Positions 36,401 to 41,788 of a stretch of 64,000 nt of DNA are shown here, piece by piece. Origin of the DNA: Amphiscolops sp. MND2022 (lineage: Eukaryota). The notes below the pieces were generated by a model. That model was not told the origin of the DNA. It saw only the letters and a list, made by a program, of their open reading frames with translations, and ran no database searches. The translations under genes were made by a program, and so were the position numbers. The first letter of the stretch is position 1. Each line of letters begins with the position of its first letter. The stretch covers positions 51,274,001 through 51,338,000 of the forward strand of contig OZ076409.1 in the NCBI GenBank assembly GCA_964187785.1, written 5' to 3'.

Positions 36401-38793
36401 CCATAGTCTGACGTTGTTTGTTGATATGCTGAAATAGAAGATGACGAGTTGTTCTGAGTGTAGGGGTAGTTGGCAGATATTCCAGGGTAGGGAAAGTTCT
36501 GACTCTGACTAAGATGTGCAGGAGTGAACGGAATAGTGGAATCCCGGAAAAGATATCGTGAATCTTTTTCTGGGTTTCTATTAGGAAAAGAGGAATCAGA
36601 TAAATTGTAGTTCCAATCTTTCTCACTCGTGTTGCAAGCAGCTTCGTAAGTCATAGGTTTTTCAACACCTGCAAACCACAAGAGCCTTGTCAGGTTTAAA
36701 CAAACCAGGAACGGCCCAAGTCGGCTTCTCGTTCAAGGTTCAGAGTGAAGTGACATAACTATGCAAAGGGACACTATTGTAGAAATTTTTATCAAATTTA
36801 CAGTGCCCAAAATACCCGAAGGGATACCCATAAGACTCGAAAACCGCTTTTCCCTAACTCGTTATATTGAAAACAATTTTTGAGAAAAACGACAATTTTT
36901 TTCTCTGAAAAAAGTATCATAGTGCCGAAAAACCAAAAAGGTGACCAAGTTTGCAAACCGCCTTTTCCAAGTGGAAAACTTTTTCAGAAAAGAGTACCTT
37001 TGACCGAATGCAAATTTTTTCGAGAAAAGTAGCACAGTAGGACTTTTACACAGTTATTGAAAAAAACTCTCATCAGTCTCAAAGGACCAAAAGTAACCAA
37101 AGAGGTCACCCTTAAGACTAGGAAAACGGTTTTTCTGACAGAAAACCTCAAAAAACTTCAAACCTCAAAAATTGTATGGGAAGTTTTTCGAAATTTTTTC
37201 AAAAAAATTCTACGGTGAGTTGCAGAATGCCCAAAAATTCTCAGGGGTCCATTATGCTCGCAAAACGCTTTGTTTCTGCTAAGAATCGAAGGAATGGGCA
37301 TCGTCGCATAGTGCCAAGAACGACCGAAAGGGGGACCCAAATAAAATTTTTTATTTAATGCTGAATTCGAACCCTTGTACTTCTGCTTCTCAGGTCCCGT
37401 CACCAGGCCTCAAATCCGCGTTAACAGCTAGGTCAAAAGGCAGGAGCAAGTTAGTTATAAGTTTTAATATTTATAAAATGTGTCCGTTCACTGTTCTTAA
37501 AGCCACTACTATAATGTGCGTTTTCTATTAATTTACGGAAAAATATGTCATATATCAAACAAGCCGGGAACGGCCCAACTCCGCGCCATATCTAAGGCTC
37601 AAAAATGGCAAAAGGACTTCAAAGTGTCAAGTATTCTCTTCTACAGTACCCGCATGAGGAAAAAATTGATTTTTTTCGAAGTCTCCGGTAAGTCGCAGAG
37701 CGCCGAAAAATGTAAAAAGGGCGCCTTTGGAGTTTTTTGAACATCCATTCTTTTGCAAAATAGACAAAAATTGAAGGGGGGACCTTTTGGAGACATTAAA
37801 AAAATTTGCAAAAAAAAGTTTCACAAAGCCGAAAAAAACCTGGACAAGAACATTTTTGGTCATGGGCGGGACTCGAACACACGTCCTTCAAACCCACCTC
37901 AAAAAATCCTAATTTACCTCTATGTACAACTTACATTAGTGTGGCAGTTGAATAACGCTAGCTTATAAAGCTTATAAAATCTGTCACTTCGTTGGTCTTT
38001 AAAAAAAGGGAAAAAAGTCACTACTATACTCTGCGTTTTTCTACGAAAAGCGCCGTCTAAAAACTTAAAACTTTGGCAACAGCAGCCGTGACCCTGGAAA
38101 AACTTGAAATGTCACCTTTGACATCGCTACGAACTGTCGTTTGACGATACTGATTGTAACGTTACCGAGTACAACGCGATGCCAAATGGATATCAATTTT
38201 GAAAGCAAAGGTTATTCTCAAATAGAAACGTACTTCTAGAATCACTGGGACAGGAAAAGGCAGCCCATTGACGGTTTTTGTCCAACTTTTCGATTTCGTT
38301 TCGGGCCCGGTCTCTTTCTTGTTCCAAGTCCTTCAGTTTATCGAGTAATGTTCTAAGAGCTCCGAGCACCACCTCACTGTTGCTTTCGGGGAGAGAAATC
38401 TTGGAGACAGAGGAACGAGGCGAGTCCACGTCACAAGTTTGGAGAGTAGGGGGATCTAGTTTGGTGAAAGGGGGTACAGCTGTTGTTGCAACGTTGATTG
38501 GGTGAAACGAAGCATAAGGGTTTGAGGACCTGAAAAACTGTCGTGATTGCAAACAAACGAAACAAATTTTCTAGTAACTTCAGGACGAAGGGACTGCTGC
38601 ATTGTAACCTGGGAGATGTGATTGCATGGGGTCTACTGTGGGACTGTACTGAGGTAGAGATGGTGACGACTGGAGCAGTCTTAGTCGAGTTAGCGCCGCC
38701 TACACCATCGGCCGAGGCACTAACAATGACTACGCCATTTTGCTGTTGTTGCTGATTGGTTGACTCCAAAACATCCCCGTACCCCGTCATCAT
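12492..38793 (-). CDS. CEP57: CEP57/translokin-like centrosomal protein; predicted exons 38793-38609 (or 38579), 38529-38234, 36668-36314, 15196-14776, 14330-13698, 13034-12492 (about 810 aa)
   Basis: Family motifs: PESNSEVVLGALRTLLDKLKDLEQER (exon 2); QAEDRCANLEIQLNSMQKLV and HYHAKFSELPFVCGTSVNQSHSVNVNLQRVL (exon 5); KMEAKQVQIDKI and NMQKLQSSLRRDDLKWD (exon 6). All GT-AG junctions checked by hand are phase-compatible (2,1,2,0,0). Exons 3 and 4 are low-complexity and less certain. Confidence 0.8.
13150..13570. repeat. Abundant interspersed repeat family (GGGTCCCCCCTT motif body, end motif GGCGCCGACTT.GACGTT)
   Basis: The same motifs recur at 15780-16097, 16230-16556, 16660-17050, 35359-35620 and 37300-37850. 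Confidence 0.7.
15405..17060 (+). repeat. Cluster of composite non-autonomous repeats: about four 59-60-bp hairpin units (15405-15625) followed by tandem 450-bp units with a B-box-like GGGTTCGATTCTCGC
   Basis: Hairpin unit AGTCGGCGC(C)TTTTCC-TTAA-GGAAAAAAGCCCGACT; units end GACG(T/A)TCCCGTCTTGTT at about 16097 and 16556. Confidence 0.7.
17283..17350 (+). repeat. Polinton left TIR
   Basis: AGTAGTTGGATTTATTACCGGACCGTGCTAAACAC(G)12TTTGAAATTTTGCAAAATTTT; includes the mini-hairpin CCGTG-CTAAA-CACGG. Confidence 0.95.
17386..17762. repeat. Subterminal array of about 11 copies of core CGCGTGACAAA(C)TTCGA at mostly 35-38-bp spacing
   Basis: GTGACAA occurs at 17389, 17424, 17461, 17498, 17535, 17559, 17596, 17633, 17671, 17708 and 17746, with two recurring spacer types. 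Confidence 0.9.
18772..19278 (+). CDS. Divergent ribosomal protein uS5 (eukaryotic RPS2)-like ORF carried inside the Polinton
   Basis: ELLKEIPMKK...RWKYYVAVG..GGKIGLGVRCGK...AK...HTLPRSVTGKYG....PAPRGTGI....LAGIEDC aligns by eye with the RPS2 motifs EVLKIMPVQK, RFKAFVAIG, GHVGLGVKCSK, HTVPCKVTG, PAPRGTGIV and MAGIDDC. The frame is open from 18751 and the first ATG is at 18847; a splice-acceptor-like TTTTCTTCAG ends at 18787. Confidence 0.8.
   Translation: MKFSSANRQSTSEEHPKIELLKEIPMKKTEHDKKVRWKYYVAVGTVGGKIGLGVRCGKNKEKTFKLAVANAKKGMIRIPKSHYREDDSGNKHTLPRSVTGKYGKLRASADPAPRGTGIAHPLARVFFNLAGIEDCLLKINSDSAPLGSIAMLLFFTLKTLKLNKNETI
19213..19635 (-). CDS. Hypothetical 140-codon ORF convergent with the uS5-like ORF
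   Basis: Open frame inside the Polinton with a GTG start; no recognisable motif; may be non-coding. Confidence 0.2.
   Translation of the reverse strand: MKFIGRSVTVGVPDYVLNVLNFLAYNLSVFESFARNVLGFTHCRVRILNSTKKVSAGSNIRMHYNTVLFTCKHRWVGDSFADLQFSRLALYSSQFLIQLKSKRHKTNCFNFQQPMYKEKLYGFIFIQLQSFQCKEQQHSN
19859..20870. repeat. 84-bp tandem array, about 12 copies
   Basis: An anchor G in GAAAGATAG recurs at 19922, 20006, 20090 and so on to 20846, exactly every 84 bp. Left copies are near-identical and right copies progressively diverge. Confidence 0.95.
21082..25479 (-). CDS. Protein-primed family B DNA polymerase (pPolB), 1465 aa
   Basis: Exonuclease motifs YFDLES, HNSSNYDL and DTLLLA; polymerase motifs LDANNLYG, KLMNNSCYGK and YSDTDS; three N-terminal C2H2-like fingers; a CWIC..DHCH..G...HPECN zinc module; an acidic C-terminal tail. 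Confidence 0.97.
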   Translation of the reverse strand: MRTCDKCQKTFPNKNNLRQHRRNVHKIPAYLFPMECDVCHKMELSVALSDQHFRAKHGTQLQKMCVYCGVAFDDAQKFFKHLLEKHDLPPPIDSIKEKTKPISSAFNGALKVFKIIGSGENDLMQFMNDVKPQIDQLVSENVNHTSQKMHLVLRTELSKPTKGEETELFLRSHMVPVYGNTLPQDDFLAAVDKMINTLFTFTASGSGWILDKITELDIKFATFNPIRGSSYLPTPPELEAPHLLLNIRNRQDHNCFLYCFTAAWHLKHGPLLYVASRDSIGRRTSPETYSSRNQLAHQAVGDYEMPMGFGQMLRFEKLNKCNVNVFRYTENELVPLRVSREDNTFNVDLLLVDDGQEYHYVLILDLLRLVNLIKGTTSLFQRVLCRNCFHICTDEMVYKRHQVSCLHHKPAVVKKPPPEKNRLKFKNLGARWFAPVVIYFDLESILQPLAGCQKENESTSISELHKPSGFCFVGIEHGNPTPIFMQLERSENCMEKFIEALEKIAHEMNTRKQNHRYFSDALPERPQEAQFCWICEGQFGLNRDIEDDKVIDHCHYSGKFLGFAHPECNINRKTTNFIPVIAHNSSNYDLHHVCMYIHKFKPGCKLDVIPSTDEKYITLSIGVPVRTYQDKNGVTKTVFEYLRFIDSYRFMGASLEKLVSYLPEDKFEILDKVFPDYSKEERNLLHQKGYYPYSYFDNFEKFQEEKLPPREQWKDSLRNGEVMITEAQWQHAEKVYEQFQCENLGDYHNLYLLTDTLLLACVVEEFRSLCYKTYGLDSAHYFTCSHLSGDAFLKICRADIELLTDRSHLEMVENMIRGGVSSVFDKRLFKANNRYLDDHNTGEYDTYGVLLDANNLYGGVMEKLPLPLNSFETVQNINLSKILETSNDSEEGYLLEVDLHYPDKLHDGHEDFPLAPTKERIYYKSLGESQQELLEKMGETRPFSQGKKLIQSLSDKKNYTVHYITLKLYVSLGMEVKKVHRVLKFKQTKWLKPYMELNTAKRKESRNKFEESFFKLMNNSCYGKTLESKRNRVSVHLIANSEALLRRTDTPFFNEFKIFHENLAAISSRKRSITWNKPTIVGAAVLDLAKYIMFDFHYNVMKKHLNCFVLYSDTDSLLYEVKHTDFYDELARNAELRQYFDLSNYPTDHKLYNADNKMVTLKFKDELGGTPIEEFVGLKPKMYSILAGGKQKLSAKGVTRFAQRKLTHELFKTILQTGDSFKTLNTRIGSTRHQLQTIKTNKLSLSSFDDKRFVLEDGISTLPHGHYMIRDVHVEQDILDEPEWGNEDEEMPTSPTWDELNGIDPQNTISQVFPDDAPMPGNARVPSPLRLPEDESISLTQELMEAWSPPDPGMHQREYSDSELEGETNLDETREEQSPPRNPFIDDEATEVSDADGQLEGEEEDESDPNDCVIVETLTEDEANAIEDLEYLIDFDNWFSDDEFVNRIKRAKRRRMEIVSDSESE
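25767..25960. promoter_or_regulatory. Three 63-64-bp direct repeats in the divergent intergenic region upstream of pPolB
   Basis: CTGACGCACCCC...AGACAA.C.GC.GTT.AT.T.GTTT..ACCGG at 25767, 25830 and 25894; the regulatory role is inferred from position only. Confidence 0.55.
26247..26669 (+). CDS. Small Polinton ORF with three RVxF-type motifs; candidate PP1 regulatory subunit (GADD34/ICP34.5/DP71L-like)
   Basis: KSVTF (aa 29-33), RITF (57-60) and RVSFSP (89-94), followed 27 residues later by W-x3-A-x-D-G-x2-F (aa 119-129). The ORF is well supported; the function is inferred. Confidence 0.5.
   Translation: MCELTVWPIKSCLRMDDELVSNYGPPLRKSVTFNDIVETFGDVVALEPSPATSTSYRITFNGRNSTPFELPASQPQRKRPVNPQRKNLRVSFSPFYLTIEPCGRTYTSVTALEEESEYWKPGALDGEPFYKMNCQNLICF
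26837..27265 (-). CDS. Adenain-like cysteine maturation protease
   Basis: FAGVYAADNFP, GTHW (His), FADPLG (Asp) and QNLNSNLCGLYC (Gln and Cys); located directly downstream of the capsid gene. Confidence 0.92.
   Translation of the reverse strand: MIDELQLGTLINKCKHLKYKFAGVYAADNFPLNLRNDNFIIVNSDKATQMGTHWLLLCNRNNKYLFADPLGLPLTNYPHVRDRLSFADLGVTEIIQAPLQNLNSNLCGLYCIYIAHYVFGAHFPIIPYISEQELMRFVKHFI
27262..28590 (-). CDS. Major capsid protein (Polinton PY, double jelly-roll); likely ATG at 28590
   Basis: SLDIFERPQ, IGPL..PNGPTLEFEV.GD...FIDLQNIYLEVKCKI, NNTLHSLFSDC, YAHKAFIETEFS, NPFHYQKF and FDLT are typical PY blocks. Confidence 0.92.
   Translation of the reverse strand: MLINSNALPIETSHTSLDIFERPQLLVNFDGSFEQKIGPLYAPNGPTLEFEVKGDRTNFIDLQNIYLEVKCKIVKTDNTNLNYVTGDATQQDTPVFVNNTLHSLFSDCTVTAQGVKVSSANGLYAHKAFIETEFSHNLEAKNTWLECQGCNYESNPSTHTLGAFTKREAETRSSATVTFIGRVASDFFSCEKHLVSGVELRISFLRTRPEFCLIYDDAGKDYKVNITQANLYVRKMTLTENAYSAIETTLAKATARYRYTEIIPRTFLIGQNSQSWDQENVFSGQPIRRFILAMSTNAGFVGAKTTNPFHYQKFGLRSITGYRNGHPIAGTPLETDTDKKMYLNSMGALAFHEHGHGISFEEYANHYLLVFDLTSTHQASHDYLHPELTSASISISLRFDTALAQITEVLLLGETASTIYINNSRKVSKNYYIAPDTAITRK
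28580..28951 (-). CDS. Basic, amphipathic virion core-like protein
   Basis: RQRGSG motif, amphipathic LPFAKKFLLPAVKSIGKEFL and an Arg/Lys-rich C-terminus; sits between the minor and major capsid genes, as in other Polintons. Confidence 0.7.
   Translation of the reverse strand: MEQYYAQQAQLPHFSGPARQRGSGFRSLAAGVGRVALPFAKKFLLPAVKSIGKEFLSQSIPELLEVASKKKTPKQAVRSAVRKTVKKQLGGSKRRRRGKRFIRRKKFTRRSRSDFFSRVKNVD
28952..29806 (-). CDS. Minor capsid/penton protein (Polinton PX)
   Basis: IYLES.GSM..Y..NTMAAFRNLLAHPIHLEGDWRVALAEIIFP at the N-terminus; VNTNIIEHQHVAGVKSPLLR and LTLKFRK at the C-terminus. Confidence 0.9.
   Translation of the reverse strand: MDEFDIYLESAGSMNIYSGNTMAAFRNLLAHPIHLEGDWRVALAEIIFPTSIKNITTTDFFIYTPKTPSDNTPVPSSEGGAVIKREDWSDNAKFEAGEYQTISSILKQLDKATETKKPLNSADYVEDNIEISFKSRYGISVRDRSLFDVLGIQGVPDTNRGGYYIGTNYKVANMKQPIKNTYPPDLTVGTNMFFVNTNIIEHQHVAGVKSPLLRIIENTKQVQDGKLLNTSTTAHRVFTELQFKKLITSTIEEIQIELMSITGQKVPFVGTGLVALTLKFRKFQ
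29793..30737 (-). CDS. Retroviral-like (rve) DDE integrase; likely ATG at 30737
   Basis: WSIDV, LLVAVDVLSRF, SDKGTEF, AFAERNIRSLK and the C-terminal KPKF...DKVRI...FKKGY...FTDEIF; no chromodomain seen. Consistent with the 6-bp TSD. Confidence 0.95.
   Translation of the reverse strand: MARRIGRLSTTEQAKLEKMYTSGPAAYGSAKNLQETSKMPKAKIDTFLQQKDAHTKYRQIQRKFPRLKVIAYEINEIWSIDVAYVDKLAKYNNGVKYLLVAVDVLSRFLRVVPMRSKSAPDAAKAFEKMIEKVQPQKVWSDKGTEFKGAFKNLCDQRGIATYTTASETKSAFAERNIRSLKNIMYKHMENKWTYHYISKLSQFVNTINSRVNRVTKLAPNNVTKKHEPHLRSLAAEQSSKFVKKPKFNLRDKVRIAKQDLPFKKGYKQSFTDEIFPIIKISTFNPPTYNLRDESGDTINGKFYEPELVKVNGRI
30703..31341 (-). CDS. Polinton hypothetical protein (about 212 aa)
   Basis: Intact ORF between the ATPase block and the integrase; its ATG overlaps the upstream stop (ATGA at 31341-31338). 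Confidence 0.7.
   Translation of the reverse strand: MSAQEFILIPKENYIKNQPKASEILDDPTITAKSQQLTLLQRVPEKKEPEKEKTSQEVKAPETREDIQKRVLRSITMLNPHQTEKSKSILKELQSSSDVSINDEGLIEIDKTPTAIDASNFLFTLQQPTKKLYHPDYKRILDKIKISPDLVPNSEAKEIVKPKVVKTKFVTTPKTKSNGKTPKRPRKKDDQQPGPSFEDQEDGSKDWETFNN
31338..31646 (-). CDS. Conserved small Polinton protein
   Basis: The LLCECALNIINGNIP motif is typical of a small gene beside the ATPase in Polintons. Confidence 0.7.
   Translation of the reverse strand: MSEKKLHILKHWQENKKRKDISRVIHDCNREQVKLLCECALNIINGNIPMNVNKLIPFEQQLKILCQPQTSDSRRRQILSSIKGYKLLKLISRPCICYLSAE
31567..32292 (-). CDS. A32/FtsK-HerA-like genome packaging ATPase
   Basis: Walker A GPGGSGKT, Walker B LLVFDD, arginine-finger region AGRHRKL, and HNLFHQ. 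Confidence 0.95.
   Translation of the reverse strand: MNKIIFTNDRLFMALVGPGGSGKTRLIYSMLASPTTFYPPIEKTFYFYKEYQPLFQEMSERLNIEFIPCLDFEMIKNLENCLLVFDDSCEEIYQEQAFVKLAVAGRHRKLHCIFVKHNLFHQSKWSRTIDLNTTHVILFKSPRDLQQIDHFGRQLKQLDFIREAYQRATTRPFGHLLIDFDPKTSDVLRFCSNIVAPQPTTFYIPSSTAKETLLTNEREKIAYTEALARKQKEERHFSRYT
32289..32603 (-). CDS. Small two-transmembrane Polinton protein
   Basis: VVFFTQATLIFILVIASLLKLT and VWFSLLFGAVGYILPNP; its stop overlaps the ATPase ATG (ATGA). Confidence 0.7.
   Translation of the reverse strand: MISIHFSQSRKFSSMTEVVIDEDDGIGSMESNEEESVRSLWKFCNSITLPRSEVVFFTQATLIFILVIASLLKLTLDRPPCEEMSVWFSLLFGAVGYILPNPKL
32613..32879 (-). CDS. Polinton hypothetical protein (88 aa)
   Basis: ATG-started ORF tightly packed in the co-oriented block; no motif recognised. 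Confidence 0.5.
   Translation of the reverse strand: MRSKRLQHLMEAHNIKPLKLPPKYSRPIKLDGIEDPKVPRQIAEELAKRNDVLEVVYFPPAQTKVKGEFRIKLKSSDEFNIFIFYTAT
32788..33138 (-). CDS. PC4/Whirly-like ssDNA-binding protein candidate
   Basis: RKGVIQLTASEYSQLKTSFETIDSFI resembles the PC4 signature RKGISLxxEQWxQLKxxxxxID; likely ATG at 33138. Confidence 0.5.
   Translation of the reverse strand: MNAVDATAKEHNIQLSLSPNLSLSVTTTLEVTRDAEAKIKLVKDEFKQVGSHKLLRKGVIQLTASEYSQLKTSFETIDSFITFVNQNAKQTTTASDGGPQYQTAQATTKVFTSHQT
33038..33637 (-). CDS. DEDD/DnaQ-like 3'-5' exonuclease
   Basis: VIDFEG (ExoI), KEIS, HGIVW, KGTEK, DLDTLGCP and HCA. Confidence 0.7.
   Translation of the reverse strand: MINSDFLVIDFEGFRHKSQQFIPKEISVRGANYQDTILLQPPVKFSLLAEENKKTYAWLTDNLHGIVWEAGNYDHTFIFNFFNALKLRFPNSTVFSKGTEKCTFLRNFFFSVVDLDTLGCPKASQFSYCSTKVCPNHQKSYKLNHCAREKVALFYNWLFNYFQNSHHECSRCNSQRAQHTAIPIPEFEPLSYNNLGGNT
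33967..34395 (-). CDS. Polinton orphan protein (about 140 aa)
   Basis: Intact ORF immediately downstream of the EGF gene; no motif recognised. Confidence 0.5.
   Translation of the reverse strand: MVYLKMHVENVYIKCSIEHLKRLEEQRSLSAKIYTKDERLIFRNYVLALCHEMAPSGKINHLQPKIIIPRINQVYKKSKVYRLATVIHESTRLIAENYERVWAGRAIEDCLHSYHHLSRIQCFLLALKFKQSFADEFSYLKC
34383..34652 (-). CDS. EGF-family growth-factor-like protein (89 aa) with N-terminal signal/anchor
   Basis: Hydrophobic aa 5-28, N-glycosylation sequons (NET, NNS, NNT) and a C-x7-C-x5-C-x10-C-x-C-x8-C domain ending YGGKRC; TATA-like TATATAA on the minus strand at 34716-34710. Confidence 0.88.
   Translation of the reverse strand: MSGTQLIWVVLLTFTFIVAILTTPILLITNSQNETTNNSGNNTDSCSEEFTGYCMNGGYCYYLEEQQTVACECPELYGGKRCEKFLWYT
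34743..34823 (+). ncRNA. tRNA-derived Pol III small RNA unit at the right Polinton end
   Basis: A-box TGGCAGAGTGG, B-box GGTTCGAATCC in a perfect T-arm (CCCGG-TTCGAAT-CCGGG), a CAGAGT/ACTCTG hairpin, a 5-of-7 acceptor-like stem and a T5 terminator at 34819-34823; no pairable anticodon stem. Confidence 0.6.
34815..34878 (-). repeat. Polinton right TIR
   Basis: Reverse complement of the left TIR, differing mainly in homopolymer length (C7 versus G12). Confidence 0.95.
35359..35815 (-). repeat. Inverted copy of the composite repeat unit found at 15405-16560
   Basis: AACAAGACGAGAACGTCTAAAGTCGGCGCCATATC, AAAAGTGGACCGATCAGTGTGAGGATTGTAGTCTGAAG and the TTTTCC-TTAA-AAGGAAAA hairpin are reverse complements of the left cluster. 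Confidence 0.75.
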
Positions 38794-39014
38794 TACTACC
38801 ACTGTGAGTGATGATAAATAAGGGTCTCTAGGAAAATGTCACATTTGCTTTCTGAAAACAATTGCTTGAAAAACGTTACCCAGTTTCCGAGGACTGTGCA
38901 ATCACAAATCGCTGCGGATTTAATCATTCTGTTATCATGCCATTGGAGGCTCAGTACTCGACAAGCAAAAGTGGTCATCAGATATCAAGCCCAATAATTA
39001 TTAAACTTTAAAGG

Positions 39015-40212
39015 ACCCGTATTGAGATCCCATGGGTTCTCATGCATGGCCATCGATGGCCCACGCATGGTGCATCCCTGGAGTTATATCGGCGGCACAG
39101 ACCGCTCCCCATCGAGGTCCCATTGATGGCCCATCAATGGCAAAAAAATTGACATGTCTGAAAAATTCGAATTCGGCAAAATTTCGGTTATGAGTTTTAA
39201 ATGCTGTGTCATTCTGCTTTGGGTTTTTGGTTTCAAGGGTCATTACAGTGCACAGGCAAGCTATTTTGCTGCTTTTCGTGGAATCCGGGACACGAAAATT
39301 GAGAAGTCGTGGAATCCAGGACAAAATTTCTTTGATGTTAAGCGTGTCTTGGATTCCACGACAGTGCTTGTCCTGGATTCCACGCCAATACTGCTGCTAT
39401 AATGACACTATTGCCGCTCTCTGATTGGTCCGCTGATTTTGAGTAATCATTTTTGGAAAGGTAGAAAAATTTGAATTAATTCAATTTTATATCAATGGAA
39501 CTTGTTTTGATTGACACGAAAAGTCCCAAAGTACGAATAGAGATACTCATGACTGGTACCAAAATTAAAGCATGTCATCAAATAATGGTAGATTGTGATG
39601 ATCTGGCAGTTTGTTCAAAACTGGTACCAAACTTTGAAAAATACGAATATTTGTGTAATATAATATCCATTTTGCATAATCCTCATTGGAAAGGCAGAAG
39701 AACTTTTAATTAAATTAATTTTATATGAATGGAAATTGTGGAATCCGGGACACCGCTGCATGCCGACAGTGCGTACAGCTAAGCATTTCTTACTGGAATC
39801 CACGACGAAATCCGTGGAATCCGGGACAAATGACGTAATTTGCCAATTTTGCACGGTTAAAGGTATGGTCGTGGAATCCGAGATATTGAAAGCACAATGT
39901 TGCGCTTTGAGCACATAAGGCTTGCCTGTGCACTCTAATGGTTTCCTCAATGAACCTGGTAGCATTAAAGACGCTTTTCGGCACCGCATTTCAATCATTC
40001 TGAGCATTCTCACGAGCTTTTACTGTCATTCAAATTGATTTAATGCCCTAATATTATGAAAAAAGTCATTGGAAAGACGATTTTTGAACCCAGACCAACA
40101 GCACGATGGTCTATCGATGGGAGCTCAGCATGGTCTCATCGATGGCCCATGGGAAAATGGTCGGCGGCCATGTCAATGGCCCATGGATGGGCTGCCCTCG
40201 AATCCCAACCCG
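39015..40212. repeat. Possible non-autonomous element with CCATCGATGG-rich ends and internal GTGGAATCC repeats
   Basis: GC-rich ATGGCC/CATCGATGG clusters at 39030-39140 and 40100-40210; repeated GGATTCCAC/GTGGAATCC inside; termini not firmly resolved. Confidence 0.35.
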
Positions 40213-40274
40213 GGGAGTTAGTTAAGTCTGAATCAAATTTTTCCTCAATAGGTTTGCAAAATCATACTCAGATA

Positions 40275-40444
40275 CAGTGGAAGCCGCTCATATGGGACAC
40301 CTCGGGATCGGGTATTCTTGTCTACTATATCCGTTGTCTCATATCAGTATGTAGTACCGGGACAGGTAGGCCAAGAGACCGAAATATGCGTGCCAGTTAA
40401 GCATTGTCTCTCACACGCATGTCCCATTTAAGCGGCTTCCATTG
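40275..40444. mobile_element. Tc1/mariner (pogo/Tigger-like) MITE, 170 bp
   Basis: TIRs CAGTGGAAGCCGCTCATATGGGACA / TGTCCCATTTAAGCGGCTTCCATTG with flanking TA. Confidence 0.8.
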
Positions 40445-41220
40445 TATAATGAACGTCTCAATTTTGCCTCTCTCTGCAGCTTTTTGAATGATGCGAATGA
40501 AGTCGCTTCAATCTATATTTATTCTAATTAATAATAAAGTGTAATTATCAGTTCGATTATTCAGTAGATGATTCCCATCAAACCTAATAATCAAGCGCCC
40601 TTTGCTCTATAGGACAGCCAAAAACTACCATTTGTTAACATCTTTTCAAAAATTGAAAGCTGAAAAGTAGTTAACTATCGGCAAACAGGACCGTGCACAA
40701 TGAAGCCACAAATTAGTTTTGCTGGCTAGCTTTTATGTGCTCATAGCGCATGTTATTGAATATTCTAGGCTTCCTCGAAGAAACGCTCCAAAACAAGAAC
40801 CTCGCAGATAATATCTTCGAAGCAACTTATGAAAATCTGAATGAGAAGTACCTTATGAGAATCTAAGAATCATTAGAATCGGACATAGAGGAGTCGAAAT
40901 TTCAACGTCATCAATATATCAACCCACACGCGTTAAGTACTCAATTCAGATTTCCACCTTGTTTTGTTGAAGTCAACTTGAAAAAAAACTGAATTGAAAA
41001 TGAAGTAAAACTTATCTACGAGATTTATAAACTACCAACAATTTTGTGATGCTAAATTTTTCGAGGATTTCAATTCGACATCAAATGAGTCCCTCGCCAT
41101 TTTGACCACCTATCTGTTTGGCGAGAAACATCAAGAAATTCTTGCTATAATTTACCGACATTGCAACCTTCTCGGCTTGATTGCATTAATTCATCAGAAT
41201 CCATAATCTCTTCCAAATTA

Positions 41221-41472
41221 TCAATCTTTGATATCCCACGGCTGCCTGCACATGGGGCATTGTTGATTGGTCGATTCTTGGACCCATTTCAAGATACAAT
41301 GCATGTGGAAACAATGGGTGCATTTACCCCACACGATTGGACAATCTTCTCCGGGTACTTTGCACTCAGGGCAGCAACAGTCGAAAGCCATTCGACAGAT
41401 ACCGCAGTTATCGTCATTCGCAATCCACTTCCACACGGCTATCGCATGCCAGTTTTTAATCTTTAATTTCAT
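41221..41472 (-). CDS. ANAPC11: Anaphase-promoting complex subunit 11 (RING-H2), 83 aa, intronless CDS
   Basis: MKLKIKNWHAIAVWKW.ANDDNCGICRMAF..CCPECKVPGEDCPIVWGKCTHCFHMHCILKW...CPMCRQ.W. Confidence 0.95.
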   Translation of the reverse strand: MKLKIKNWHAIAVWKWIANDDNCGICRMAFDCCCPECKVPGEDCPIVWGKCTHCFHMHCILKWVQESTNQQCPMCRQPWDIKD

Positions 41473-41788
41473 TGCAACACTTCTGAAATACATTTTCTGA
41501 GTAATGCATTGGAGTGATGTTTATCACGCATGTGTGTATATTAGTCATATGTATGAATTAAACAAACCAGCTTGACCAAATATCAGTTAACTCGAAAATC
41601 ATCAGTACACTCAGTCCTTATTCAATAAGTCCACTTCTTGTTCAAAATTATTCAGATGTCAGCATGGTTAACTAATCAACTGGCTCAAATAAATAAAACT
41701 CAGCCCACTAGGAATGAAAATTACTCGAGGGCATGGTCAGTGGCAAAGTCAAATATTCATATAGCAAAAAGTGAAAAAAATTACAATT

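Noticed and set aside
41500-41780. snoRNA or snRNA in the HCCS-ANAPC11 spacer (TGATGA, CTGA, AATTTTG motifs)
   Set aside because: Box spacing is too short, no terminal stem was seen, and such motifs are expected by chance in AT-rich DNA.
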